From NCBI RefSeq assembly GCF_963921235.1, contig NC_086097.1, forward strand, positions 111,540,001 through 111,604,000: DNA of 64,000 nucleotides, in the 5' to 3' direction. The notes beneath the pieces are model-generated. The model made no database searches and was not told the DNA's origin. It was given only the letters and a program-made list of their open reading frames with translations. Shown piece after piece: positions 35,205 to 48,453 of the stretch. Within the stretch, counting starts at the first letter, position 1. Each line of letters begins with the position of its first letter. The stretch comes from Mobula hypostoma (lineage: Eukaryota). The translations under genes and the position numbers were made by a program.

Positions 35205-38066
35205 ATAGGTGGAGAGTTTCTTAAATGCATCTATTTTAATGCTAGGAGCATTGTAAGAAAGATGGATGAGCTTAGAGCATGGATTGATACCTGGAAATAT
35301 GATGTTGTAGGTATTAGTGAAATGTGGTTGCAGTAGGGGTGTGATTGACAACTAAACATTCCAGGATTTCGTTGCTTCAGGTGTGATAGGATAGGAGGGG
35401 CAAGAGAGGGAGGTGTTAGATTGCTTGGCAGAGAAAATATTACAGCGTTGCTTTGGCGGGATTAGTGGACTCATCTAGGGAGGCGATTTGGGTGGAATTG
35501 TGGAATAGGAAAGGTGTTGTGATGCTTATAGGGGTGTATTATAGACCACCTAATGGGGACCGAGAACTGGAGGAGCAAATTTGTAAGGAGATAGCAGATA
35601 TTTGTAGTAAGCTCAAGGTTGTGATTGTGGGAGATTTTAATTTTCCACACATAGACTGGGCTGGATGGTTTGGAGTTTGTCAGATGTGTGCAGGATAGTT
35701 TTTTGGAGCAATACATAGAAGTACCAACTAGAAAAGGGGCAGTGTTGGATCTCCTGTTAGGGAATGAGACAGGGCAGGTGACGGAGGTATGTGCTGGGGA
35801 GCACTTTGGGTCCAGTGATCACAATACCATTAGTTTCAGTGTAATTATGGAGAAGGATAGGACTGGACCTAGGATTGAGATTTTTGATTCGAGAAAGGCT
35901 AACTTTGAGGAGATGCGAAAGGATTTAGAAGGAGTGGATTGGGACAGTTTCTTTTATGGGAAGGATGTAATAGAGAAATGGAGGTCATTTAAAGGTGAAA
36001 TTTTGAGGGTTCAGAATCTTTATATTCCTGTTAGGTTGAAAGGAAAGGTTAAAAGTTTGAGAGAGCCATGGTTTTCAAGGGATATTGGAAACTTGGTTCG
36101 GAAAAAGAGAGGGATCTTCAATAATTATAGGCAGCTTGGAGTTAATGAGGAACTCGAGGAATATAAAGAATATAATAAGAATCTTAAAGAAATTAGAAAA
36201 GCTAAAAGAAGATACGAGGCTCCTTTGGCAAGTAAGGTGAAAATAAATCTAAAGGGTTTCTACAGTTATGTTAGTGGCAAAAGGATAGTGAGGGATAAAA
36301 TTGGTCCCTTGGAGAATCAGAGGGGATGGCTATGTACGGAGTCAAAAGAGATGGGGGAGATTTTGAACAATTTCTTTTCTTCAGTATTCACTAAGGAGAA
36401 GGATATTGTGTAAGGTAAGGGAAACAAGAAGGGTAGTTATGGAAAGTATGACAATTAAAGAAGAGGAAGTACTGGCGCTTTTAAGGAATATAAAAGTGGA
36501 TAAATCTCCGGGTCCGGACAAGACATTCCTTAGGACCTTGAGGGAAGTTAGTGTAGAAGTAGCAGGGGCTCTTGACAGAAATATTTCAAATGTCATTGGA
36601 AACGGGGATGGTGCCGGAGGATTGGCGTATTGCTCATGTGGTTCCATTGTTTAAAAAGGGTTCTAAGAGTAAACCTAGCAATTATTGGCCTGTGAGTTTG
36701 ACGTCAGTGGTGGGTAAATTGATGGAAAGTATTCTTAGAGATGGTATATATAATTATCTGGATAGACAGAGTCTGATTAGGAACAGTCAACATTGATTTG
36801 TGCGTGGAAGGTCATGTTTGACAAATCTTACTGAATTTTTTGATGAGGTACTAAGAAAGTTGACGAGGGTAAAGCGGTGGATGTTGTCTATATGGACTTC
36901 AGTAAGCCCTTTGACAAGGTTCCACATGGAAGGTTAGTCAGGAAGGTTCAACCGTTAGGCATTAATATGGAAGTAGTAAAATGGGTTCAGCAGTGGCTAG
37001 ATGGGAGACGCCAGAGAGTAGTGGTGGATAACTGTGTGTCAGATTAGAGGACGGTGTGTAGCGGCGTGCTTCAGGGATCTGTACTGGGTCCAATGTTTGT
37101 AATATATATTAATGATCTGGATGATGGGGTGGTAAATTGGATTAGTAAGTATGCAGATAATATTAAGATAGGTGGCATTGTGGATGATGAGGTAGGTTTT
37201 CAAAGCTTGCAGAGAGATTTAGGCCAGTTAGAAGAGTGGGCTGAAAGATGGCAGATGGAGTTTAATGCTGATAAATGTGAGGTGTTACATTTTGGTAGGA
37301 CTAATCAAAATAGGACTTACATGGTAAATGGTAGGGCATTGAAGAATGCAGTAGAACAGTGGGATCTAGGAATAATGGTGCATAGTTCCCTGAAGGTGGA
37401 ATCTCATGTGGATAGGGTGGTGAAGAAAGCTTTTGGTATGCTGGCCTTTATTGAGAGCATTGAGTATAGGAATTGGGATGTCATGTTGAAATTGTATAAG
37501 GCATTGGTAAGGCCAAATTTGAAGTATTGTGTACAGTTCTGGTCACCGAATTATAGGAAAGATGTCAATAAAATTGAGAGAGTACAGAGGGGGTTTACTA
37601 AAATGTTGCCTGAGTTTCATCTACTAAGTTACAGAGAAAGGTTGAACAAGTTAGGTCTTTATTCTTTGGAGAGTAGAAGGTTGAGTGGGGGGGACTTGGT
37701 AGAGGTATTTAAAATTATGAGGGGGATTGATAGAGTTGACATGGATAGGCTTTTTCCATTGAGAATGAGGGAGATTCAAACAAGAGGACATGAGTTGAGA
37801 GTTAATGGGGAAAAGTTTAGAGGTAACATGAGGGGGAACTTTACTCAGAGAGAGGTAGCTGTGTGGAACGAGCTTCCAGCAGAAGTGGTTGAGGCAGGTT
37901 CGATGTTGTCGTTTAAAGTTAAATTGGATAGATATATGGACAGGACAGGAATGGAGGGTTATGGGCTGAGTGCAGGTCGGTGGGACTAGGTGAGAGTAAG
38001 AGTTCGGCACGGACTAGAAGGGCCGAGATGGCCTGTTTCCGTGCTGAAATTGTTATATGGTTATAT
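35205..38066 (+). mobile_element. Young CR1-clade LINE covering nearly all of ORF2 (APE endonuclease plus RT), disrupted by several frameshifts and stops
   Basis: GVYYRPP, VGDFNFP, LDLLL, GSSDHN, KSPGPD, PVSLTSVVGK, QGSVLGP, YADN, WQMEFNADKC; GTTATATGGTTATAT tail. Confidence 0.93.
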
Positions 38067-38570
38067 ACTTAGAAACATTTAAGGTTACAAGGCAGTGTAA
38101 GCATCTGTCTAAAAGTACTTTTAAATTAGTGGATTCTTACGGAAGGCACCTGCAGCTTTTATCTCCTTTTATTCAAATCAAAGAGGAAAGGCACAATTCT
38201 TAATGATGAATGAGGAATAATTGTAGGCTTTATTGAAGTTCCTATTTACACTGAACTCTACAAGATGCACGTCATCTTAGACCTCTGGCAATTGGTAAAC
38301 AGGTATTTCTAAGTTCATATTACCGTCCATGGAAAGTCCACACTTGAAAATCGTGGGGTAATGATTAGGAATGCTAGCAGTTTCATTGTCATCAGACTGC
38401 AAGAAACCTCTACCAAATTAATTATACAAAGCAAGAGTTGGAGAGTGGATTTAGGCCAGATACCTTGTATTGAAACTGTTGTAGATTTTGTGGTTAAAAA
38501 CTTCTGCTTCATTCTAGGCTATGTCAGTATTTAAGTTTAAAGTAGTTTTGATTTTCTGTTCTATTTGCAG

Positions 38571-41378
38571 ATGAGTTTGGCTTGCACATATTGAAATATC
38601 TGTTGGAGAACTACAACTCTGAATCAAGCTTCCCAAACCTCAACGCCAGCTCTCAAGATAAGGATGGAAATACTGTGTTGCACATCATGTTTCAGAGACC
38701 CTTTTCAAAAAACCATGAGGAAATAATGGATATGATAACCAAGTTTGAAATCAATGACAGGGTGAAAAACAAGGATGGGAAGCTATTTTCCTACAAAATT
38801 AAGAAAGATGACCAGCGGATGATTGTGTGGAATAAAGTGAAATCACGTTATCGAAAGAAAAGAGAACAAAATGACCAAAACCAGAAGGCACGGACATCAA
38901 AGAGTATGAAAAATGTAATGCATGTTAAGTGCCCCTCTCATCAGACAACAGAAATACCATGCGCTCTACAGTCTCAGGAGTGTGATCTTAATAGTGCCAG
39001 TTCTCAAGCAGTAGAAGGACCATCATTAAAGTTATTGAATGAAGAGCATGTTTTATCTACTCAGCAAATTGTTGCAAATGAAATTGCAAAATTGATTCAA
39101 CAATTTCATGTCATTGAGACAACAACAGAAGAACACCCTTTAAAAATGCCCCTTTCTGATGGCCAGCTGAGTGACGCAACTCAGGCTAAGTCTGAAGTTC
39201 TCAAAGCAGACTTTTATCAAAATGCTGCTAATGTTGAAGCTGTAATGTTGAATGGGGCTGGTGATATAGAGCATCAAAACCTGATACCAGAAGAAGTGAC
39301 CAATTTACAGGACCTGGATTTTGATAATATGACGTGGGAGATTGAATGCACATCGGAAGTACTGAAGAAGCTTGGCTCTAGAGATGTACCTCAGCACATG
39401 AAGACGAAAACTATAAAAGCGATTCAACAACTTGGTAATGGAGAATGGACACAAAGCCTCCAGAAACCACTCAAGTACCTGAAAAGCCCCATCAAACTTT
39501 ACGAAGCCAAACTTGACAAAGGGGCACGAATGCTGTGGGAGCTTGCAGTGGACTTTTCACCCCGCTGCAGTGAAAAACCAGAGAAGATCTTTGAATCAGA
39601 GCTTTCTTCCCATCCTCAGGAGCGAGTCACAGGAAGGATATATAGTGAGATCATTCGAATCTGGGATATTATCTTGGATCACAATAAGGTTGATCGAGCC
39701 TTGACAGCAATTGCCAGTTCATACAACCGCGGAGCAGCCTGCAGCCTCCGGAAGAAACTTAAAGGTATAAGCAAAGCTGTGTTTACCTCAAACTTAAATG
39801 CCCAAAAGAAGATCCCATTGATCTTTGTAGAATATGTCAATTGGAAAGAACTGAAAGAAAAGCTACCAGAATACTTCCCACCTGCCAGTGCAGTGGAGAC
39901 AGAATATAACATAATGAAGTTCCATAGCTTTAGTACTAATATGGCTCTTAATATCATTACTAATCTGGAATCCAGGGTTGAATATCCTTTTAGAGTGGGA
40001 GAATTGGAGTATGCAATAATTGACCTTGACCCCAAACCATTGGAAGCAATCATTCTCATTGGACGAAGTGGAACTGGGAAGACCACTTGCTGTCTGTACA
40101 GACTTTGGAAACATTTTCAGCTCTACTGGAAGAAGGTAGAAGAGGTTGGCAGCCCCCTGCTGGTGCGACAGCTTTGGCTTAAGAAGAAATCTCAGGTTGA
40201 CAGTGAAAAGGATGAAGCAGTGATTGACTCATCAGATTGCGCTAATGGGGAGAATGATTTTCAATGTAATGCACAAAATTGTGATTTGCATCTGAATGAA
40301 GCATCACTTACTACTTGTGACAGTGAATTGACACATCATCATGAAGATGAGCCAGAAGATGATACTGGTATCAACCAACTTGAGCACTTGCATCAAATTT
40401 TTGTCACCAAAAACCACGTCTTGTGTCAGGAAGTCTTGAAAAACTTTATTGAGCTTACCAAATCCACCAAAGCCACAAACCATTTCAAACCTCCTGATCT
40501 CACATTTTATAGACTTCAGGATATTAATGATGAGAATTACCCCCTATTCATGACCTCTAAACAATTGTTGCTGTTGATTGATGCATCCTTGCCAGAACCC
40601 TTTTTCCCTCGGAATGAAGATGGCAGTCTAAAAAGGAACATTGCGGGGTGGTCTGTTCAAGAAGAAATGACAATACCAGATTTGCATGGTGAGGATGAAG
40701 AAGAAGAGTATGAAGGAGAGTTTCTAGATGATGAACAAATGGCTGTAGAGGATCACAGCAAAGAATTTGATCCTCGTATCTTTGTTTCTTATGAAGTATT
40801 TGCATGTGATATTTGGCCCAAAATGGTAAAAGGAAAACCACAGTTTAATCCTGCTTTGGTGTGGAAGGAGATCAAATCCTTCTTAAAAGGTTCTGTTGAG
40901 GCTTTAAATAGCCCTCAAGGCTGTCTAACAGAAGAACAGTATATTAACCTGGGGAAAAAAAGAGCACCAAACTTCCGTGAAGACAGAACAGAAATCTATT
41001 CCTTCTTTCAGATGTACCAGCAAATAAAATCACAATACGGATACTTTGATGAGGAAGATTTGTTGTACAGCCTTTCCTTGCGACTGTCCAAATTAGATGA
41101 ACTTCCGTGGTCCATTCATGAACTGTATGGTGATGAAATACAGGATTTTACACAAGCAGAGCTTGCAACCCTCATGAAGTGCATCAATGACCCAAATTCT
41201 ATGTTCCTTACTGGTGATACAGCTCAGAGCATTATGAAGGGTGTGGCTTTCCGCTTTAGTGACCTGCGTTCCCTGTTTTATTATGCCCGTGATTCTAGTC
41301 AAAGCAATAAGAAACAGTATCATGTAAAAGTGCCAAGCAAAATATATCAGCTACATCAGAACTACCGGTCACACTCAG
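38571..41378 (+). CDS. TRANK1: TRANK1 giant exon (window exon 10, 2808 nt): ankyrin repeat, putative RelE/ParE-like segment, SF1 helicase N-terminal half
   Basis: tgcag|...|gtaatg, phase 1/1. Contains DKDGNTVLH (ankyrin), DFDNMTWEIECTSE, Walker A GRSGTGKT (40061-40084), Walker B DEIQD (41132-41146), GDTAQSI and LHQNYRSH. Confidence 0.97.
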
Positions 41379-41744
41379 GTAATGCAAATAATTTTTTGCT
41401 AAATTATTAAAAATACACACATAAAATCTTAGTTCCTTTTGGGATAAAAATGCTGATTTTTGTTTCTACCCCAATACTGAGAGGATGGAGTTTTATTGTA
41501 AGTTCCTTTCCACACTACTTGCCATAATATTGAAATCTAGTCACCATTCGTCTATGTGGTGTTGCTGTAACTTGTTGGGTACATCAGGGCATTCATATTG
41601 TCATATTACAGCTGGAACCAAGATTGTGGTGGCTCAGCTGTGCAGAAAGGGAGGGAGAAGGTCAACAGAGCAATAGCTGTGTGGTATTTTATAGCTAGGG
41701 GAGCAGACTGACTTTGTAACAGTTAGAAATTTGATTATACAGGA

Positions 41745-43345
41745 TGGAACATAGAACAGTACAGCACAGGAATTGGCCTTTCAGCCAATAATGTTGTACC
41801 TTACTAATTAACTAAACTAGTAATTAATTACTTATGCATGCTAATTCATCTGACTGTACATTATCCATATCCCTCCATGTTCTGCACATTCATGTGTCTA
41901 TCTAGCAGTCTCTTAAAGACCTCTATCGTACTTGCCTCCACTACCATTTCTGGCACTGCATTCCAGGCATCCTCCCTTCTCGGTGTAAAATACCTTGCCC
42001 CTCAAATTTGGTTTGAACTTTTCCCTCTCACCTTAAAGATATTCTTACCCTGGGGAAGAAAAGATACCAGCTTTCTAGCTATGACTGTCATTATCTTATA
42101 CACTCTGTCAAGTCTTCCCTCAGCATTTGCCACTCCAGTGAAAACAACCCAAGTTTCCCAATCTCTCCCTTTCCCTATAACACGTGCCCTCTAATCTAGG
42201 TAGCATGCTGTAAACCTCTTGTGCATTCTCTTTGAAGTCTGAACATCTTCCTATAATGGAGCAACCAGAATTGAATGTTAATGTTCCAGCTGCAGCCAAA
42301 CCAGAGCTTTATGAAGTTGCAACATACAGTAACTTCCTGACTCCTGAACTCAATGCACTGACAATCAAAGACAAGCAGGCCATATGCATCATTTATCACC
42401 ATATCAACCTGTGCGGTTGCTTTCAGGGATAACACTGTTAATGATCCTGCTATCAATTGCATACTCTCCATTTGCATTTGCTTTGCCTGAAGCGCAGCAC
42501 CTCACATTTGTCTGGATTAAGTGCCATCTACCATTTCTCTGCCTGTATGTACAACTGATCTATGCATTGCTGTATTCTTTAGCTTCTTATATATACACGC
42601 ACACAGACACACACAACCCCCCCCCCCCGAGGTCACAGTATGGATCCTTGCTGACGCCTCTAGTCACAGACCTCCAGCCAGAATAGGTTCCATTGACTAC
42701 TACTCTCTGCTTTATAAGCGCAAGCCAATTCTGAGTCCAAAAGGCCAAGTTACCAGTGGTGCACTGCATATCAATTTTATAGATGAGCCTACCATGAGGA
42801 ACCTAGTCAAATGCCTTACTGAAATCAATGTAGATGACATCCACAGCTCTACCTTCATCAATCATCTTTGTTACCTCTTTGAAAAGCCCAGTCAATTTAG
42901 TAAAGATCCAATCACAAACAAGAGAAAAACAACAGATGCTGGAAGTCCAAGCAACGTACAACAAAATGCTGAGTCTCAGCCCAGAACGTTAACTGTACTC
43001 TTTTCCATAGATGCTGCCTGGCCTGCTGAGTTCTTCCAGCATTTTGTGTATATTGCAAGTTAGTGAAGATGTGACTTGCCTCACTCAAAACCATGCTAAT
43101 TAATTAGGCTGTGATTTTCCAAATGCTCATAAATCCTACACCTAAGAATGATTCCATTAGTAGCCTTACTATTGATGTGAGGTTCACTGGTCTATGGTTT
43201 CCAGGATTACTCTCTCTTCTTGTATAATGAAACAAAATTAACTACTTGCCACTCCTCTGGGGCCGTGCCTGTGGCTAGAGAGGACACAAAGATCTCTGCC
43301 AAGGCCCCAACTATCTCATCTTTTGTCTTTCTCAATAACCTGGGA
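41745..43345 (-). mobile_element. Decayed CR1 RT and 3' end, containing a Penelope-type inverted terminal fragment (about 42915-43036)
   Basis: QNWLALIKQRVVVNGTYSGWRSVTRGV; DEIVGALAEIFVSSLATG. The insert contains AGATGCTGCCTGGCCTGCTGAGTTC. Confidence 0.75.
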
Positions 43346-43379
43346 TTCAAAGGAAGCCACATGGTCACAGGAATAACAC

Positions 43380-44880
43380 ACAAACTCCAAGCATACAGCA
43401 GAAATAATGAGAGCATAGATTTAAGATCAGAAACAAGAGATTTAAAAGGGACATCAGGGGTAGCTTCTTCAAGCAAAGGGAGCTGCCAGAAATAGTAGTT
43501 GAAGTGGACACATCAGCATTGAGATAAGCACACGGATAGGAAAGATTTAAAGTTCTGTGGGCAGATAGGACTTGCTCAGTTGGTATGAAGAGCCTGCTTC
43601 CATGCTCTCTGATTCTATCCTCAAGGTCCTTATCTTGATAAATATCAAAGCAGATTTGAGTAGAATGCTTAGAAGGCAGTGATCATGATATGATAGAGTT
43701 CACCCTGCAGTTTGAGAGAGAGAACCTAAATGAGATATATCAGTGTTACAGTGGAATAAAGAGTATTGCACAGGCATAAGAGAAGAGCTGGCCAAAGTTG
43801 ATTGGAAGGGGACACTAGCAGGGATGACGGCATAACAGCATTGGCTGGAGTTTCTGGGAGTAATTCAGAAGGCAGAGGATAGATACATCCTAAAGAAGAA
43901 ATAGTATTCTAAAGGGTGGATGAGGAAACTGGTGGATAAAGGAAGTCAAAGACAGCATAAAAGTAAAGGAGAGGGCATATAATATAGCAAAAATCAATGG
44001 GAAACTAGAGGATTGGAAAGCTTGTAAAAACCAACAGAAGGCAACTTTTTTTAAAAAAAGCAAAAAAGGAGAAGAATGGTGACATATGAAGGTAAGCAGC
44101 CAATAGCAACAGAGGACAGCAAAAGACTTTTCAGGTATATGAAGGGTAAAAGAGTGGGTTGAGTGAGTATCAGACCACCTGAAAATGACACTGAAGTAAA
44201 GGGGGACAAAGAAATGCTGGAGGAACTTAATAAATACTTTGTGTCAGTCTTCACTATAGAAGATTACTGCAGTATGCCAGAAGAGAGGGCAGCTACTATT
44301 ACAAAGGAGAAGGTGCTTGGAAAGTTGAAGGGTCTGAAGGTAGATAAGTCACCTGGACCAGATGAGCTACTCCCCAGGGTTGTAAAAGAGGTAGCTCAAG
44401 AGATCATTAGTAGTGATTTTTCAGTTAATAGCATTAAGGTGCAGAGGGATCTGGGGTTCAGCTCCATAGCTCATTGAAAGAGGCTGCGTAACTGGTAGGG
44501 TTAGAGGCTTGGGGAAGACCTGATAGAGAATTTTTAAATTAAGTGACATAGAGTAAATAGTCAGAATTTTCCCCAGGGTAAAAATACCATGCAACAGGCA
44601 GCATGTTTTTAAGGTTAAAAGGGGGAAGTGCTAAGGCAATGTGAAAGGGTAAGTATTTTATGCAGAGAGTCGTAAATGGCTAGAATAGATTATTGGGATA
44701 GTAGTGGAAGCGGGCAGTTCAGTGGAGTTTAAGAGTTTCTTGGACAGACACATGAATGTGGGATGAGTGTTGGGATATAGATGATACGGAGGAGGAGGGC
44801 ATTTAGCATAAACTGGCATTTGTATGTGTGCAATAATGTGGACTGAATGGCCTGTCCAGCACTGTAATGTTCTATAATAC
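43380..44880 (+). mobile_element. CR1 fragments (endonuclease end, RT start, 3' ends)
   Basis: GSDHDMIEF-like; LNKYFVSVFT...LKGLKVDKSPGPDELLPRVVKE. Confidence 0.75.
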
Positions 44881-45391
44881 TATACAGTCTGTCTTTATTG
44901 GACTTCTGCCCTGAAATGTACTGAAGGTGTCCTGGCAAACTGTTTTTCACTGTTCATTATTAGGCAATTTTTTTTATCTCATTACTGTTTCTAAGACATA
45001 ATGCACAAGCTGGCGTATTTCTTATGTTACAATAGCGTGTGCACTTTAAAGCTGATACTATTAGTTCTTTAAAAGTTTGGATCATCATGGGGTTGTTTTA
45101 AAAATGCTGACCATGACAGCTGCCACCATTGTAACCAAGAATATATGAAAAATCTCCCTTTTAACGCAAGTAGAATTTTAAGTTAAGAAATGAGCAATGT
45201 GGATAGAATTTGTATGTGTATATATACTATCTGTATATGAGGCTGCACAAAAATGGAAGAGTCTATATCTGGTTTCCAAATTAACCACTTCTGGCAATCC
45301 ATTAGAGAACACTGGCAAAAGCAGTGATGAGATGTGTGTAAAATTTTGTGTGCTTTGCATCTATTCATGCAAGTTCCTTTTACAAATTTAG

Positions 45392-45591
45392 GAATTTTGA
45401 ATTTGGCTTCGGGTGTGGTGGATCTTCTCCAATATTATTTTCCGGAATCCTTTGATCGCTTGCCAAGAGACACTGGGCTCTTTGATGGACCAAAACCTTC
45501 ACTGCTGGAATCCTGCAGTGTCAGTGACTTGGCTATTTTGCTTCGAGGAAATAAACGGAAATCCCAGCCAATAGAATTTGGAGCTCATCAG
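45392..45591 (+). CDS. TRANK1: TRANK1 exon (window exon 11)
   Basis: tttag| GILNLASGVVDLLQYYFPESFDRLPRD...IEFGAHQ |gtatgc. Phase 1/0. Confidence 0.95.
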
Positions 45592-45644
45592 GTATGCACT
45601 TTAATCTGTGCATGGATTTTACGTCACCAGGTTTATTCTGACCA

Positions 45645-46450
45645 ATCAATGATTAAATTTAATATCAGAGAATGTATACAGTGTGAAATTCTCACTCTTT
45701 GCAGACATACACAAAACAGAAAAATGCCCAATGAATGAAATAAATATCAGAACCCCAAAACCCATCCTCTCCCTCCCCATGCACAAGCAGCAAACGCATT
45801 GACCCTTCCCCTCCCACTTGTTCAAACAAAACACCTCCCCTCCAACCATGCAAGCAATCACAAAGCCTGGCAAGAGACCTTGATCCAGAGTCCCATCAAA
45901 AGCTACAGTCCTTCCCAACACTTCGGTATCTCAGACAGGCTCTCTCTCAGTAGTGAGGAAGAGAGAGAGTGCTCCTGCAACAGCAAGAGCGGGAGACCAG
46001 CAGCTTAGTATTTTGCTGTTACAATCTTCTGCGTCACTTCTCTGAGTCGTCCAACTGAAGAATCAACAGGCTCTCACTCACCATCAAAAAGAGGAAAAGG
46101 GAGGATCGCTCGAATGCTGGGCCCTTCTTCCGACAGCAGTGCACACCGCCTGCTATCTCAATGTTTCGGTATTATGTGACTCTTCAGTCAGCAACATCAG
46201 TGAGGAACCAGGTCGTCCGTGGGCTGCACCTCGAAGGCACTCGTCTTCCAGGCCGCACAGCGAGTCCAAGAACGAGAACCCACACCCATGGAGAACCATA
46301 GTTTGAGCTGCAGCTGTAGATCATGGGCTCTGACAAGACCCCAGCCACCATGAAAAGAAAAAAGAGACAACAAAAGAAGAATAAGCTATTTCATGGACAA
46401 ACTGGAAGAAGTTGCCTAGATCTGCGAAAACCTCTGGTGCCATCTCTTCT
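45645..46450 (-). mobile_element. Probable non-autonomous LINE-derived element (second family)
   Basis: The minus strand starts GAAGAGATGGCACC, has a GC-richer non-coding body, and ends in a LINE-like 3' end just downstream of exon 11. Confidence 0.45.
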
Positions 46451-47134
46451 AGCTTCTGTGAGCATATTGAAAATAAATCATATTGGCTATGATTTAAAAT
46501 AATGGCCATTTTCATTTTTGTAAAAATTATAAGGGAATTCTCACAAATGGGAAAGTATTTGATTCGTCTTCTATATTCCTGACACAGAGTCCAAAAAAGA
46601 ATCAAAACGATGTTTTCACGAGCTCTAATAGTAACAGAAATTATCTATTCAAAGCAAATGCTCTGAATTTTGACTTTCTTACCACTATTCAACTGAAAAC
46701 TAGTTTAACTAGGAGAAATTTGAATCAGCTCTGAGTCAAATCATGTTAGTCAGAAATTCATTCAGGCACCTCCTAGTCACACATCATCATCACAACTGCA
46801 ACATGATCTTTAGGGAAGCACCTGATGTTAATTCCTTGAAAATGCTTAATTGCGTTAATACTGCAGCATTGACTGAGAGACCTGCAGATAAATCAGAATC
46901 AAAAGTTTAATTTGACAGAATAAATCTTTAATCTCCCAATCCCTTCACCAGCATTGCATGGAACGGCTCTACCCCAGATATCCTCAGTGTATGGTCTACA
47001 ACTGATCATTTGCCCAAATAAAAGTGCTTTCCGTGAAGTTTTAGCATACTGTCACACTGATCAAACAACCTGATGCCTCCTCATCCTTGTCACCTAAATT
47101 GTTGTCTTATAAACCTCATGTAAATTAACTGTAT

Positions 47135-47300
47135 AGGACTATGGGTCCCTGAGTGATAAAAAGGGAAGAATGGAAAGCGCAGGTGTTGCACTTCCTAATT
47201 TCATGGGAAGATTGAAGAGTGGACCAGGGAATTGCAAGGGGAAGTGGTTCTCTTTGAACTGCTGATAGAATGGGGAGAGGGAAATGATGGGACCTTGTTG
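47135..47300 (-). mobile_element. Penelope-like element fragment (RT / GIY-YIG linker)
   Basis: IRKCNTCAFHSSLFITQGP resembles the Cys-rich linker upstream of the Penelope GIY-YIG domain. Confidence 0.55.
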
Positions 47301-48453
47301 AAACAGGTAGAACTTGCACAGAAATTGACAGTTTCAGCCTTATTTACTTTGGTGTAAATAACTTGCAACTGCCATCAAATTGTATTGCCAGTTTCGGTAT
47401 TTGTGGTTGTCCAAAAATTAATTAGAAAGCTTGGTAGAGAATGAAATAGAGTTTGTAACCCATTTGATATGAATTGGATCAATGTGTATAGTTCTAACTG
47501 CAAATGTAGATTTAAGTTTTAATTTTGGTGGTGGCCTCCTCTTCATTTTCATGCCAGAGACTGAAGTGTCATGATATGGTCCAGGTTTCATTGTGGTTGA
47601 TTGATGGGTTGTCTTGCTGCCATGGTTGTATGCAATGAATGCAACCAACAGTGTCCAAAATCAAGGCATGTGGGATCCCCAGTGACTTGGTAGATTGGAT
47701 TCCAAACTGGCTTGGCCACAGAGATGGAGGTTAATGGTGTAATTCCTATTAGCCGTCTTTGACTAATGGATCAGTGCTAGGACCTCAGCTGTTTATGATA
47801 AATAACTTGGAGGAAAATCTCGTAGATTAGTATAAGCAATAAGAAATAACAAAATAGCCAAATATGTTGGAATTGTCAAATTATCTTGTTGTTCAGAAGC
47901 TGAAAGAGGGGCCGTACAGAAACTCATAGTCTTAGTCATCTCAATCAAGTTCCAATTGATGGTATACACAAGCTGCTGCATGGAGCAATTTTCACAAACA
48001 TATTCTGCTGTCTAGATTTATCATAAGGACACACATTTGCAATCTGACAGGTCAAGAGATCTGAAATACAGGTAAGGTAGGTAATAATCAGCAGGTAAGG
48101 AAGCATCCATAGAAACCATCAGCATTTCTGAACAATGTCCTTTCTGTCTGCCCAGATACTACCTGACCTGCTGAGTATTTCCAGTGTTCTTTGTTTTTAT
48201 CTTTGCTCTAAGCGGATTGAGGTGGTTGGTGTTTAGGAATAGAGAAAGATTCCCTATCTGGATTTATATTCTACCTTGCCGTGGTATATTCTTGAGCTTT
48301 GAAGCAGGTATGTAGTATAAAGGTTGAATCTACCAAGGGAAGTGAGTTGTGAAAAATGATCATTATTGAGGTTGTGTGGTTGTAAAAGTTTTTATTTCAA
48401 TTGACATGTAACCTTGCAATTCTTGTTTTACTTTCAAAAATAATACCTTGCAG

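Noticed and set aside
37054..37989. 311-aa RT ORF as an active LINE or host gene
   Set aside because: Part of a CR1 ORF2 broken by upstream frameshifts and stops; the catalytic YADD reads YADN.
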